Below, piece after piece: positions 37,909 through 46,829 of a stretch of 64,000 nt of DNA (position 1 is its first letter; every line of letters starts with the position of its first letter). The stretch is taken from positions 512,001 to 576,000 of the forward strand of contig CAXXVD010000003.1 of NCBI GenBank assembly GCA_963662335.2. The letters run 5' to 3'. The position numbers and the translations under genes were made by a program. A model generated the notes under the pieces. That model saw only the letters and a program-made list of their open reading frames with translations. It was not told the DNA's origin and made no database searches. The DNA comes from Chloroflexota bacterium. Its GTDB lineage: Bacteria; Chloroflexota; UBA11872; VXOZ01.

Positions 37909-39372
37909 CTACTCCTCCGCCAGCATCCGCCCCACCGCGCACGTGTCGCAGCGCTTCTCCCGGCACCAGGCGTGGTAGACGTGGAGCAACCCCTGCTGGC
38001 GCGCGGCGGTCATGGGCACGTACTTTGGCGGCAGGCCGAACACGTCGTCGCGCATGGCGCGGCTCAGGCGGTTCAGGCCGCCGCCCGGCGCGCGGCGAAA
38101 GAGGTCTATGGCCCAATCGGCCAGCCCGCCGTCACCCACGTGTTCGCCATAGGCGACCAGGAACGGCAGGATGACGTTCACGAGCATCTCGCGGGCACGC
38201 TCCGTCCCGATGAGACTCTGCGGCCCGCCGCGCAACGGCGCGCCAACGTCGCTGTGCGCCGCCCAGTAGGGTGAGGCGGACGCCGCCAGCGTAAACGCGT
38301 TTATCGCGTGCTGGAGCGCCTGCGGCGGCGACTCTGTGCGGAGCGCCAGGCAGGTTGCCACCGGCCCCGTCCTGGCGAGCCGGGCGCAGAGGATTCCGGC
38401 CGCCGCCACCCGCCGGGCCGGGGCGTTCGCGGGCCGCACGCCGCCGCGCGCCCACGCCGCGGCGTCCAGCGCCGGTTCCCGGCCAAACCGCCGCCAGCGC
38501 GTCTCCAGTTCCCGCACGTACGCCGCCTCGCCGGCGGCAGGGGCAAGACCTGCCGTGTCCGCGCGCGGCGATTCGCCGGGTGGGCCGCGGCGTGTCGTGC
38601 CCCTACGCGAGGCCGTCGTTCCCTTTCGTTCGGACTCGCCGCGCTGGGAGGGCAAGAGGCCAGCCGCGCCCAGGAAGAGCGCCTCGCCGCCATGCCCGGC
38701 GCCGGCCGTGCCGCCCAACAGCCCGGCCACCACCGGCCACGGCAGGGCCTCGCTCAACGCGCGAAACGGCGCCCGGTTCTGGGTATACCCCAGCGCGTCC
38801 AACAGGCCCGCGTAGAGCGCCTGCGCCGGCCCGTCCTGGTCGATTGCCGCCCGCAGCCGCGCCGCCTTCTGCCGCAACCGCCGTTCGCCCAGGGCGGCGA
38901 AGAGCATGCCGACGGTCATGGCGTCGCGCTGGGTGTGGAGGTCCGCGCACGGCTGGAACGACGGCAGCCGTTGCGCCGCATACTTCTCAGGCAGGCCGCC
39001 GGGGAAATGCGGCGCCAGCGCCAGCGTCCGCAGCGGTCCGCCCGCCACCGGGCCGTCGTTCTGCCACACCACGTGGAGCATGACGCTGTGGTAGGCCGGG
39101 TCGGCGGCGTGCCCGTGCGCGCGCCACGCGGACGTGGTCGTATGAATTTCAACGTGCCCGTGCCGCACCCGGCGGCCGTCGAGGGCAATGATGGCGTCGA
39201 GGAAGTCAGGCCCCGGCCCCAGGTTGCGCCGCCCCGGATAGACCACTTGAATCCGCTCACCGCCCGTGGTGCGCAGCAGCCGCGCGCCCCAGGGCGACGC
39301 CTGCCACAGTTGGGCCACGTCTTCTTCGCGCAACGCTGCCGTCGGGGCAACAGTGGGGTCGGCTACGGCCAT
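37909..39372 (-). CDS. DUF2851 family protein
   Basis: YPGRRNLGPGPDFLDA, GHVEIH, WRAHGH..DPAY..V.LHVVW, ALGY..N, RPANAPARR, NVILP, QQGLLH..C..C. Confidence 0.85.
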   Translation of the reverse strand: MAVADPTVAPTAALREEDVAQLWQASPWGARLLRTTGGERIQVVYPGRRNLGPGPDFLDAIIALDGRRVRHGHVEIHTTTSAWRAHGHAADPAYHSVMLHVVWQNDGPVAGGPLRTLALAPHFPGGLPEKYAAQRLPSFQPCADLHTQRDAMTVGMLFAALGERRLRQKAARLRAAIDQDGPAQALYAGLLDALGYTQNRAPFRALSEALPWPVVAGLLGGTAGAGHGGEALFLGAAGLLPSQRGESERKGTTASRRGTTRRGPPGESPRADTAGLAPAAGEAAYVRELETRWRRFGREPALDAAAWARGGVRPANAPARRVAAAGILCARLARTGPVATCLALRTESPPQALQHAINAFTLAASASPYWAAHSDVGAPLRGGPQSLIGTERAREMLVNVILPFLVAYGEHVGDGGLADWAIDLFRRAPGGGLNRLSRAMRDDVFGLPPKYVPMTAARQQGLLHVYHAWCREKRCDTCAVGRMLAEE

Positions 39373-39906
39373 GGCAAACTACCGGGTGCAGGGGGGAGAA
39401 ACGCGCGTTGCGGTTAGTATAGCACGCCAACGACGCGGGTTGGCAATCCCGCGCTGGCAACCGTTCAGCCTTCGACAAGCTCAGGCCGAACGGTTTTGGT
39501 CCTCGCAGGGTGCGCTTCTCGCAAGGCGCGGTTCCAATCAGTAGCCCTGCTCAGAAAGGTGGAAGTCGTTCGCGGAAATCGCCATCCTCACCGCAAACGC
39601 CCTCTCCCGTTTGTGCTGGGCCCCATCTGCTCGCGCTCCACGCAGCCGTTCGCGCTGACCCTGTCGCAGCATGAACTGAGGGGCACCATATGCGTGACTA
39701 GACACCTCCCCTCCAGTCTCTTGTCCATTGCCGCGGCTTCAGCAGCGCCAGTGTATTCTAAATCCAGGGTGATGATCTCAACCCTGGTTAGGGCTATGGT
39801 CTTACGCAAAAGGAGACAAGTGCAGCAAACCCTAGGCGTGTCCCATGCTGAGACTAACGCGCAGGTATAGGTTTGGACCGTCGCATCACCAAACCACCAA
39901 AGCCCT

Positions 39907-39935
39907 TGCGACGCGCAATAGGTGTCGGTACACTG
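39907..39935 (+). promoter_or_regulatory. Putative sigma70 promoter of the AT-richer island ORFs
   Basis: TTGCGA-N17-TACACT followed by a GGAG-rich RBS region. Confidence 0.4.
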
Positions 39936-39961
39936 CAAGGTAGGAGAGAGGGAATGGGGCG

Positions 39962-40147
39962 ATGGCGAACTACGAGTTCATTGGGACGATTGCAGCCATA
40001 ATTATTGCGGCTGTTGCTGCAGGCGGTCTTATTCTTCGCTTGCAAGCAGGCCTTCAAGGGCAAATAGCGGAGTTAGGACAGCGTGTCTCCCGCATTGAGT
40101 GATACCTCAAGGGCTACTTCATGCGGGATAGCAAGCGAGAGGAGTAG
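39962..40147 (+). pseudogene. Small membrane-anchored coiled-coil protein interrupted by an in-frame TGA (or a 46-aa gene)
   Basis: MANYEFIGTIAAIIIAAVAAGGLILRLQAGLQGQIAELGQRVSRIE*YLKGYFMRDSKREE*; TGA at 40100-40102. Confidence 0.45.
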
Positions 40148-40149
40148 GG

Positions 40150-40446
40150 ATGCTCGAAGAAGACATGACCGCTGAGTGTGAAAGGCACGGCTTATCACGA
40201 AAGGACGCCGTGCGAGCTATCACACATGCGAAAGATGGTGTCTGCGAACTACACGACTATGAGGTAACGCACGAAGACCCCAAAAGCACCAAGCTCTTTG
40301 TATGGAACTACTGCGGGACGAAAGACAGTAATGGTAACGAGCGGTTCTATTTGGAGAGAATTACAGTCATAAAACCCTATAGAAAAGGGAGACCCGCAGA
40401 CTGGAATCCAGTGATTGATTTCAGAGACTTCAATCCTGGCACTTAG
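40150..40446 (+). CDS. Hypothetical protein (98 aa)
   Basis: GAGGAG RBS, starts 2 bp after the previous stop, AT-richer codon usage. Confidence 0.55.
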   Translation: MLEEDMTAECERHGLSRKDAVRAITHAKDGVCELHDYEVTHEDPKSTKLFVWNYCGTKDSNGNERFYLERITVIKPYRKGRPADWNPVIDFRDFNPGT

Positions 40447-40546
40447 GATTGATATTGAGCAAATATCAAGGGCAGGCTGTAGCTGAGAAGCTGCAGGATG
40501 GATCCGGTTGGCTTTGACACAGCAATAAACGGAGAGGGAACAGTTT

Positions 40547-41008
40547 ATGACGGAACACATAGCGATTGTTGCGGTCATAGAAGGAATCACTATAGCCCTT
40601 GTAGCTGCGGCTATACTTGGATTGCATCGTTGGGTTTCAACTTGGCTAAGGCAAAGGGAACAGATGCAATATCTCAGAGACATCATCGCCACTGGGCACA
40701 GGCAAATCAAGGACGCAGAGCCTGTGGGTGAAATGTCTGAGGATATTGTTCGATTTCTATTGTTCGAGAGTGTTCTGCGCGACTTAAGTCCCGCTTTGAG
40801 TCACAGAACTGATAGTATTGGCTACAAGCAAAAGTACGAGTTGCAAAGAACACTCGTTCATGTTTCTGGATTTATGAGCGAGATGAAGATTGGAAGAGGA
40901 CCTGGGCGAAATATTCCAAGTGGATTGAGATTCTACGAGCAACACTTCTTTGAAAAAATACGCAAGGTTGAGTGGCTAGCCATATCATCACCACAGCCTC
41001 TAGAGTGA
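40547..41008 (+). CDS. Hypothetical protein with an N-terminal TM helix
   Basis: GGAG-like RBS, hydrophobic residues about 5-27, AT-richer codon usage. Confidence 0.6.
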   Translation: MTEHIAIVAVIEGITIALVAAAILGLHRWVSTWLRQREQMQYLRDIIATGHRQIKDAEPVGEMSEDIVRFLLFESVLRDLSPALSHRTDSIGYKQKYELQRTLVHVSGFMSEMKIGRGPGRNIPSGLRFYEQHFFEKIRKVEWLAISSPQPLE

Positions 41009-41060
41009 CAGACGAGGCGACCCCGGTTAGTCTTGTGTAAGACCCCGATCCAAGATAAGC

Positions 41061-41102
41061 AAACGCTCTCCCCGGCCCGGAGTTCACCGGCCGGGGAGAG
41101 CG
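41061..41102 (-). terminator. Intrinsic terminator of the SBP gene (possibly bidirectional)
   Basis: CGCTCTCCCCGGCC...GGCCGGGGAGAGCG hairpin with a short T run on the minus strand, between convergent genes. Confidence 0.65.
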
Positions 41103-41132
41103 CACTGGCGTAGTCTTAGAGAATCGCGCAGC

Positions 41133-42533
41133 CTAGAAGTCGACCACCGAGTTCTCCAGCGCCTCATCCAGCGCCTGCTGCACCTCGGCGTTGCCGTCCG
41201 CCAGCGCTTCCGGCACCGTCTTCTCGCGCTTCCAGATGGAGCTTGCCATGCGCACGTGGATGCCGATGATCCGGCGTCCGCCGGGTGCGCTCACCACCCA
41301 CTGGGCGCCGTCCATCTCGCGGGCGCCCTGGATGCGCAGCGGGTCGCCCTGGGTGAATTCCTCACTCTGGGCCACCGACCGCCGGGCCGGCAGGCTGTCG
41401 CGCACGTCGTTGAAGCGGCGGTCGTTCGGCTCCAGGAAGAGCCACTCGAGGAATTTGAACGCGCCGTCCGGGTTGTTGGAGCCTTCCGGCATCAGGTGCG
41501 CGCCGCCGCCGCGATACGCCGCCGGCGAGCCGCCCTCGGCCACCGGATAGGTGTCCACGCCGACCGTAATCTTGGCGAAGGCCTCCTCATACGCCTCGAA
41601 CCGGGTGATGTTCATCACGTCGGTCCACATGGCGCAGCGGCCGGTGGAGAAGAGGTGTTGATGCCGCTCGTCGCCCTTGAAGGCGTTCATGGCGTCCAGC
41701 CCGCCCTGCAGGTCGAAGAAGCGCAGGGTCAAGTTGAACGCGGTCACCATCAGCTCGTTGTCGATGGTCGACTCGAGCTCGTCGTCGCTGAGCAGCCGCC
41801 CGCCCTGCTGCCAGAACGGCACCAGCCACCAGACCAGGGAGCTATTGCCGTACCAGAAGCCGAGGCGCGTGATGTTGTCGCCCTCTTTCTTGAGGGTCTG
41901 CTGGATGGCCGAGTCGAGTTCGTCCCAGTTCGCCGGGCCGCTGTCCGGGTCCAGGCCCACTTCCACGAAAACGTCCTTGTTGTAGAAGTAGGTAAAGACC
42001 GTGGGCGCCCACGGCAGGCCGAACCAGTGGCCGCGGTACGTCGAGTCGAAGACCACGCGCGGATAGTAGTCGTCCGCGTCGATGACGGTCGAGGCCTTGA
42101 CGTAGTTGGTGATGTCGGCGGCGATGCCGCGCACGCCGAAGTCCTTCGGCAGATACGCGTCGATGTAGGAAATATCCGGCGGGATGCCGCCGGCCACCAC
42201 CGTGGGCAGCTTGTTGATCGTGTCGCCGTAGGTGGTGACGATCACGTTGACCTGCTCGTTGGGATTGGCCTCGTGATACTCGCTGACGATGTCCGCGCCA
42301 ATGCCCTGCACCCAGTTGCTGCCGCCCATGTCGATGGCCCAGAAGTTCGTGGGCTGCATCTCGGCGGCCGGCGCCGCTTCCGCTTCTTTCTCCTCAGCTT
42401 GCGGGGCGTCCGCCGGGGCCGGGGCCGCCATGCCCGCCTGCCCGCACGCGGCCAGGATCACCGCTCCCGCCGCGGCTCCGCCGCCGGCCAGCAACCGGCG
42501 CCGTGTGGTCTGGAATCCAGTCCGTGTCTCCAT
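41133..42533 (-). CDS. Carbohydrate-type ABC solute-binding lipoprotein
   Basis: METRTGFQTTRRRLL...LAAC, GIPPD, YFYNKDVF, P.NWDEL; AGGAGG RBS. Confidence 0.88.
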   Translation of the reverse strand: METRTGFQTTRRRLLAGGGAAAGAVILAACGQAGMAAPAPADAPQAEEKEAEAAPAAEMQPTNFWAIDMGGSNWVQGIGADIVSEYHEANPNEQVNVIVTTYGDTINKLPTVVAGGIPPDISYIDAYLPKDFGVRGIAADITNYVKASTVIDADDYYPRVVFDSTYRGHWFGLPWAPTVFTYFYNKDVFVEVGLDPDSGPANWDELDSAIQQTLKKEGDNITRLGFWYGNSSLVWWLVPFWQQGGRLLSDDELESTIDNELMVTAFNLTLRFFDLQGGLDAMNAFKGDERHQHLFSTGRCAMWTDVMNITRFEAYEEAFAKITVGVDTYPVAEGGSPAAYRGGGAHLMPEGSNNPDGAFKFLEWLFLEPNDRRFNDVRDSLPARRSVAQSEEFTQGDPLRIQGAREMDGAQWVVSAPGGRRIIGIHVRMASSIWKREKTVPEALADGNAEVQQALDEALENSVVDF

Positions 42534-42723
42534 CGTCGGAAAAACCTCCTGCCCAAAGGGCGCTATGCCTGACACCCACCGCCGCCGCGCGTGCGGCGCC
42601 GCATCCGCCGTCAACCTGCGTGACGCGGCCTCCGCCCCATCCGCTGCGGGCGCGGACACCCGGCGCCGGCCCAAACCGGCGCGCGCTAAACCCGGCCCGC
42701 CCCGCTCCGGCGGCTTGGAACGC

Positions 42724-42753
42724 ATGGTAGCGCGCGCAATCCAGTCTTGTCAA
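42724..42753 (-). promoter_or_regulatory. Putative sigma70 promoter of the SBP gene
   Basis: Minus strand TTGACA-N18-TACCAT. Confidence 0.5.
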
Positions 42754-42782
42754 GGAGCATTGAGCGTTCCTTTCCGCCATAA

Positions 42783-42980
42783 CCGCGCACGCGGGAATCC
42801 ATCTTGGTCTCGCGCGCAGTCAAGAGCGGATGGATTCCCGCGTGCCCGGGAATGACGGAGGCTGCCGCGCCACTTTCATGGCAATGACGGCTTTGCGCAA
42901 ACGTCACCTCTCTGAGAGAGGCTTAGGAGCGCTGCCCTCCAGCCCCCCTCTCCTCGTGGGAGAGGGTTAGGGTGAGGGGG
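42783..42980. repeat. REP cluster: inverted ATTCCC-N8-GGGAAT pair plus a CCCTCTCC...GGAGAGGG...GGGTGAGGG element
   Basis: Same families as 19468-19545, 30343-30373 and 48795-48832. Confidence 0.7.
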
Positions 42981-43000
42981 CTTTCTTGCCGCGCGGGCGG

Positions 43001-43684
43001 CTAGAAGAGACTCAGTTGATCGGCGTCAGGATCCGCGGCGGCGTCCGGCCCGTCCGCGGCCGCGCCTGGGCCGTCCGCCGCCGCTTGCCGGTCGAAGCGC
43101 CCCTGCTCCCGCAATTCCCGCAGGCGCTGGGCGATGGCGGGCAATTTCTGGATGTCCTCGAACAGCATCTGCTTGATCGCCGGCGTGCGCAGGCCGGCCG
43201 CCGGATGGTAGAAGGGCACGTAGGCGCGGCCGTCGGCGAACTTCGGCTCGCCGTGCACCGCGGAAATCTTCGCGCCGGGAAAGAACTTCGCCAGCGAATA
43301 GCGGCCCAGCGTGACCACGATGCGCGGCTCAATGGCGGCCAGTTGGCGTTCCAGATACCCATCGCAGGCGGCGATTTCGTCCGGCTGGGGGTCCCGGTTG
43401 CCCGGCGGCCGGCACTTGACCACGTTGGTGATGAAGACCTGCTCCCGCCGCAAGCCCACCGCCGCCAGCATCTCCTCCAGCAGTTTTCCCGCCTGCCCCA
43501 CGAACGGCCGCCCCTGCCGGTCTTCGTGGAAGCCCGGCCCCTCGCCAATGAACATGATGCCGCTCTTGAGCTCCCCCTCGCCCGGCACCGCCTTGGTTCT
43601 CTGCTCGCACAACCGGCACGCCGCGCACGCCCGCACCTCCGCGCCAATCGCCGCCAACACCTGCTCAGGGGTCTGCTCCGCCAC
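43001..43684 (-). CDS. Uracil-DNA glycosylase family 4 (Fe-S)
   Basis: CAACRL, FIGEGPG, GRPFVG, NVVKCRPPGNRDP, YHPAA. Confidence 0.93.
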   Translation of the reverse strand: MAEQTPEQVLAAIGAEVRACAACRLCEQRTKAVPGEGELKSGIMFIGEGPGFHEDRQGRPFVGQAGKLLEEMLAAVGLRREQVFITNVVKCRPPGNRDPQPDEIAACDGYLERQLAAIEPRIVVTLGRYSLAKFFPGAKISAVHGEPKFADGRAYVPFYHPAAGLRTPAIKQMLFEDIQKLPAIAQRLRELREQGRFDRQAAADGPGAAADGPDAAADPDADQLSLF

Positions 43685-43950
43685 CGGGATACTCCATCGT
43701 GCCCACGAGTGCTCATGTGGATGTTCTGCGCCTACAGTACAGAATACCGGCAGGGGTAAGCAAGAGCGGCGCTTGACCGCGCTGTCCTGTGGTACTCTGG
43801 CTTGCGGTTGGGCAGTGTCGTCACACCAAGGGCCCGGCGCGTCCGCTGCTCGCTGCGGGCGCGGTGGCGAGCACAGACTGAGCGTACACGCGCCCAGCGA
43901 ACGTCAACCGCGCCCAAACGCTGAGAGAGTGTTGAGGTGACGGGCGCATC

Positions 43951-44787
43951 ATGCCTGAACTTCCCGAAGTCGAGACCATTCGCCGCAGCCTGGCGCCGCA
44001 TCTTTGCGACGACGCGATTGCCGCCGTGCCGCTGCTGGACCCGCACGCGGTGGCCGAGCCGGAACCGGACGCGCTGGCCGCGCTGCTGCCGGGCCGGCGC
44101 GTCACCGCCGTCGAACGCCGGGCAAAGTACCTCGTCTTGGCCCTCGATTCGCAAAACCTGGTCGTGCACCTGCGCATGAGCGGCCGCCTCAGGCTCGTAC
44201 GGCAGGTGGAAGAGACGCGCTACCTGCGCGCCCAGTGGGATCTCGCGTCCGGGCGCGCGCTCTGCTTCTACGACGTGCGGCGCTTTGGGCGCATCTGGCT
44301 GCTGGACGGCGCGCGCCTGGCGGCACTCTTCGCCCCGCTCGGCCCGGAGCCGTTCGACCCGGCGCTTACGCCGTCCTGGCTGCACAAACGCCTGGGAAAG
44401 CGCACCGCGCCGCTCAAGTCGCTCCTGCTCAACCAGCATTTCATAGCCGGCCTGGGCAATATCTACGTGGATGAGGCGCTCCACGCTTGCGGGCTGCATC
44501 CCCGGCGGCCGGCGAATTCCCTGGAAATCGGAGAGACTACCGCCCTGCTCGCCGCCATACAGCGCATCCTCCGCGAGGCCATCGAGAGCGGCGGCACCAC
44601 CTTCGACGCCGTCTACAGCGACGCCGCCGGCCGGCCCGGCCGCTACCGGGAACGCCTGGCCGTCTACCGCCGTGCGGGCGAGCCCTGCCTCACGTGCGGC
44701 GCGTCCATCGAGCGCATCGTCGTCGCCCAGCGCGGCACCCACCTCTGCCCGCGCTGCCAGCGCGAACCGGCCGGCGCGGCCGTTTGA
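43951..44787 (+). CDS. mutM: Formamidopyrimidine-DNA glycosylase
   Basis: MPELPEVE, RRAKYL, HLRMSG, GLGNIYVDE, C-terminal CxxC...CPRCQ zinc finger. Confidence 0.95.
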   Translation: MPELPEVETIRRSLAPHLCDDAIAAVPLLDPHAVAEPEPDALAALLPGRRVTAVERRAKYLVLALDSQNLVVHLRMSGRLRLVRQVEETRYLRAQWDLASGRALCFYDVRRFGRIWLLDGARLAALFAPLGPEPFDPALTPSWLHKRLGKRTAPLKSLLLNQHFIAGLGNIYVDEALHACGLHPRRPANSLEIGETTALLAAIQRILREAIESGGTTFDAVYSDAAGRPGRYRERLAVYRRAGEPCLTCGASIERIVVAQRGTHLCPRCQREPAGAAV

Positions 44788-44811
44788 CCGTTAGAAGCGC
44801 CCATGCTAAGA

Positions 44812-44842
44812 TAGACATTAACGTGAACGTGTGGGTTAACGT
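44812..44842 (+). promoter_or_regulatory. MerR-type promoter/operator upstream of the ABC exporter
   Basis: TAGACA-N19-TAACGT with an imperfect dyad ACATTAACGTGAACGT across the spacer. Confidence 0.5.
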
Positions 44843-44942
44843 GCACAACATTGCCCATTGAGCGCCGCTCAGCCGCGAGAATCCCCACCGCCGGCACGCG
44901 CGGGCCGCAGAATCGAGAACGGGAGGCGCACAACAGCCGAAA

Positions 44943-46829
44943 ATGGATACGCTGCGGCGGCTCTTCTTCTATACGTGGCGCTATTGGAAACTTGCCTTCC
45001 TGGCCTACGGCGCGCTGCTCGGCAGCACCCTGCTTAGCCTCATTCTGCCCCGCCTCTTTGGCGACGTCGTCGACGAGGCGCTGAGAAAAGGGCTTGTGTG
45101 GGATCTGCCGCTGTTCGTCGGTCACGTCGTCGACGAGGCGCTGGCGCGCCAGCAGATGCAGACGCTCTTCTTCTACGTCGGTCTGATTCTCGCCGCCACG
45201 CTTGTCAAGGGTATCTTCACGTTCGGGCAAGTCTTCCTCGCCGAGTATCTCTCCCAGCGCACGTGCTTCGACCTGCGCAACCGCATCTTCAACCAGTACC
45301 AGCGCCTCTCCTTTGCCTACCACGATCGCTCCCAGACCGGCCAACTCATGTCGCGCGCCACCAGCGACGTGGAGCAGATTCGCTTCTTCGTCTCCCAGGG
45401 CCTCATCAACGGCGCGTTGATGCTGCTGACGTTCGTCGCGGTGCTGGCCGTGCTCCTGCTGACGCACTGGCGCCTGGCGCTGCTCTCGCTGGCGACGATG
45501 CCGGTGCTCTTCGCCATCGCGTACTTCTTCGCCCGCCAACTGCGGCCCATGTTCAGCCTGGTGCAGCAGGAGACCGCCCAACTCAGCACCGTACTGCAAG
45601 AAGACCTTTCCGGTATGCGCGTCGTGCGCGCCTTTGCCCAGGAAGAACGTGAGGGCGCCAAGTTTTCCCACAGTTCCGACCGGCTCGCGCAGGCTACCGT
45701 GCGCACCATGGAACTCTTTGCCATGCGCAACCCGCTGCTGCAATTCATCGCCGGCATCGGCACCACGGCGGTGGTCTGGTACGGCGGCCTGCAGGTGATG
45801 GGCGGCGGCATGTCCCTGGGTACCCTGGTGGAGTTCAGCGCCTATCTCATGCTCTTGCAGCGTCCCATCCGCATGTTGGGCATGACCATCAACACCTACG
45901 CCCGCGCGATTGCGGCCGGCGAACGCATCTTCGAGATTCTCGATACGCAGTCCGAGATTGAAGAGAAGCCGGACGCCCGCGACGTGGCGGCGGTGGCCGG
46001 CGACGTCAGATTCGAGGCGGTCGCCTACAAGGCCGGCGGCCTGCCCGTGCTCGAGGAGATCAACCTGGAGGCCAAGGCCGGCCAGGTGATCGGCATCGTG
46101 GGCATCACCGGCTCCGGCAAGAGCACCATCGTCAACCTGCTGCCCCGCTTCTACGACGTCACCGCCGGCCGCATCACGCTGGACGGCTACGACATCCGCG
46201 ACCTCACGTTTCGCGCCCTCAGGCAGCACATCGGCCTGGTGGCGCAGGAGACTTTTCTCTTTGCCGCATCCATTCGCGAGAATATCTCCTACGGCCGGCC
46301 CGACGCCACCGAAGAGGGCGTCATCGCGGCGGCGAAAGCCGCCCAGGCCCACGACTTCATCGCGGAGTTTCCGGACGGCTACGAGACCCACGTGGGCGAG
46401 CGCGGCGTGACGCTCTCCGGCGGGCAGAAGCAGCGCGTGGCAATCGCGCGGGCGCTGCTGCTCGACCCCCGGGTGCTCGTGCTCGATGAGTCCACCTCGG
46501 CGGTGGACACGCGCACGGAAGCCGCGTTGCAGGAGGCGCTCAACCGGCTCATGCGGGGCCGCACGACGTTCATCATCGCCCAGCGCGTCGCCAGCGTGCG
46601 CGAGGCCCACGAAATCATCGTCCTGGACGAAGGGCGCATCGTGCAGCGGGGCGCGCACGGTGAATTGGTAGACCAGCCGGGCCTCTACCAGGACATGTAC
46701 GTCTACCAGTTGCAGGAGCAGGAAGAACACCTGGAACGGCAACGCGCGGCGCAGGCGGACGGGAACGGCGTGGAAGGCGCGCTCGTGGCGGCGAACGGCG
46801 GCCAATCCCGCGGGAGGGATGCTCGATGA
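44943..46829 (+). CDS. Heterodimeric ABC exporter, TMD-NBD subunit 1 (degenerate H-loop)
   Basis: GITGSGKS, LSGGQKQR, LVLDES; IIAQR has Gln in place of the switch His. Confidence 0.92.
   Translation: MDTLRRLFFYTWRYWKLAFLAYGALLGSTLLSLILPRLFGDVVDEALRKGLVWDLPLFVGHVVDEALARQQMQTLFFYVGLILAATLVKGIFTFGQVFLAEYLSQRTCFDLRNRIFNQYQRLSFAYHDRSQTGQLMSRATSDVEQIRFFVSQGLINGALMLLTFVAVLAVLLLTHWRLALLSLATMPVLFAIAYFFARQLRPMFSLVQQETAQLSTVLQEDLSGMRVVRAFAQEEREGAKFSHSSDRLAQATVRTMELFAMRNPLLQFIAGIGTTAVVWYGGLQVMGGGMSLGTLVEFSAYLMLLQRPIRMLGMTINTYARAIAAGERIFEILDTQSEIEEKPDARDVAAVAGDVRFEAVAYKAGGLPVLEEINLEAKAGQVIGIVGITGSGKSTIVNLLPRFYDVTAGRITLDGYDIRDLTFRALRQHIGLVAQETFLFAASIRENISYGRPDATEEGVIAAAKAAQAHDFIAEFPDGYETHVGERGVTLSGGQKQRVAIARALLLDPRVLVLDESTSAVDTRTEAALQEALNRLMRGRTTFIIAQRVASVREAHEIIVLDEGRIVQRGAHGELVDQPGLYQDMYVYQLQEQEEHLERQRAAQADGNGVEGALVAANGGQSRGRDAR

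Noticed and set aside
39588-39938. Cys-rich 116-aa minus-strand ORF as a RiPP or metal-binding protein
   Set aside because: No clear RBS, it overlaps the plus-strand promoter and degenerate REP fragments, and no modification enzymes are nearby.
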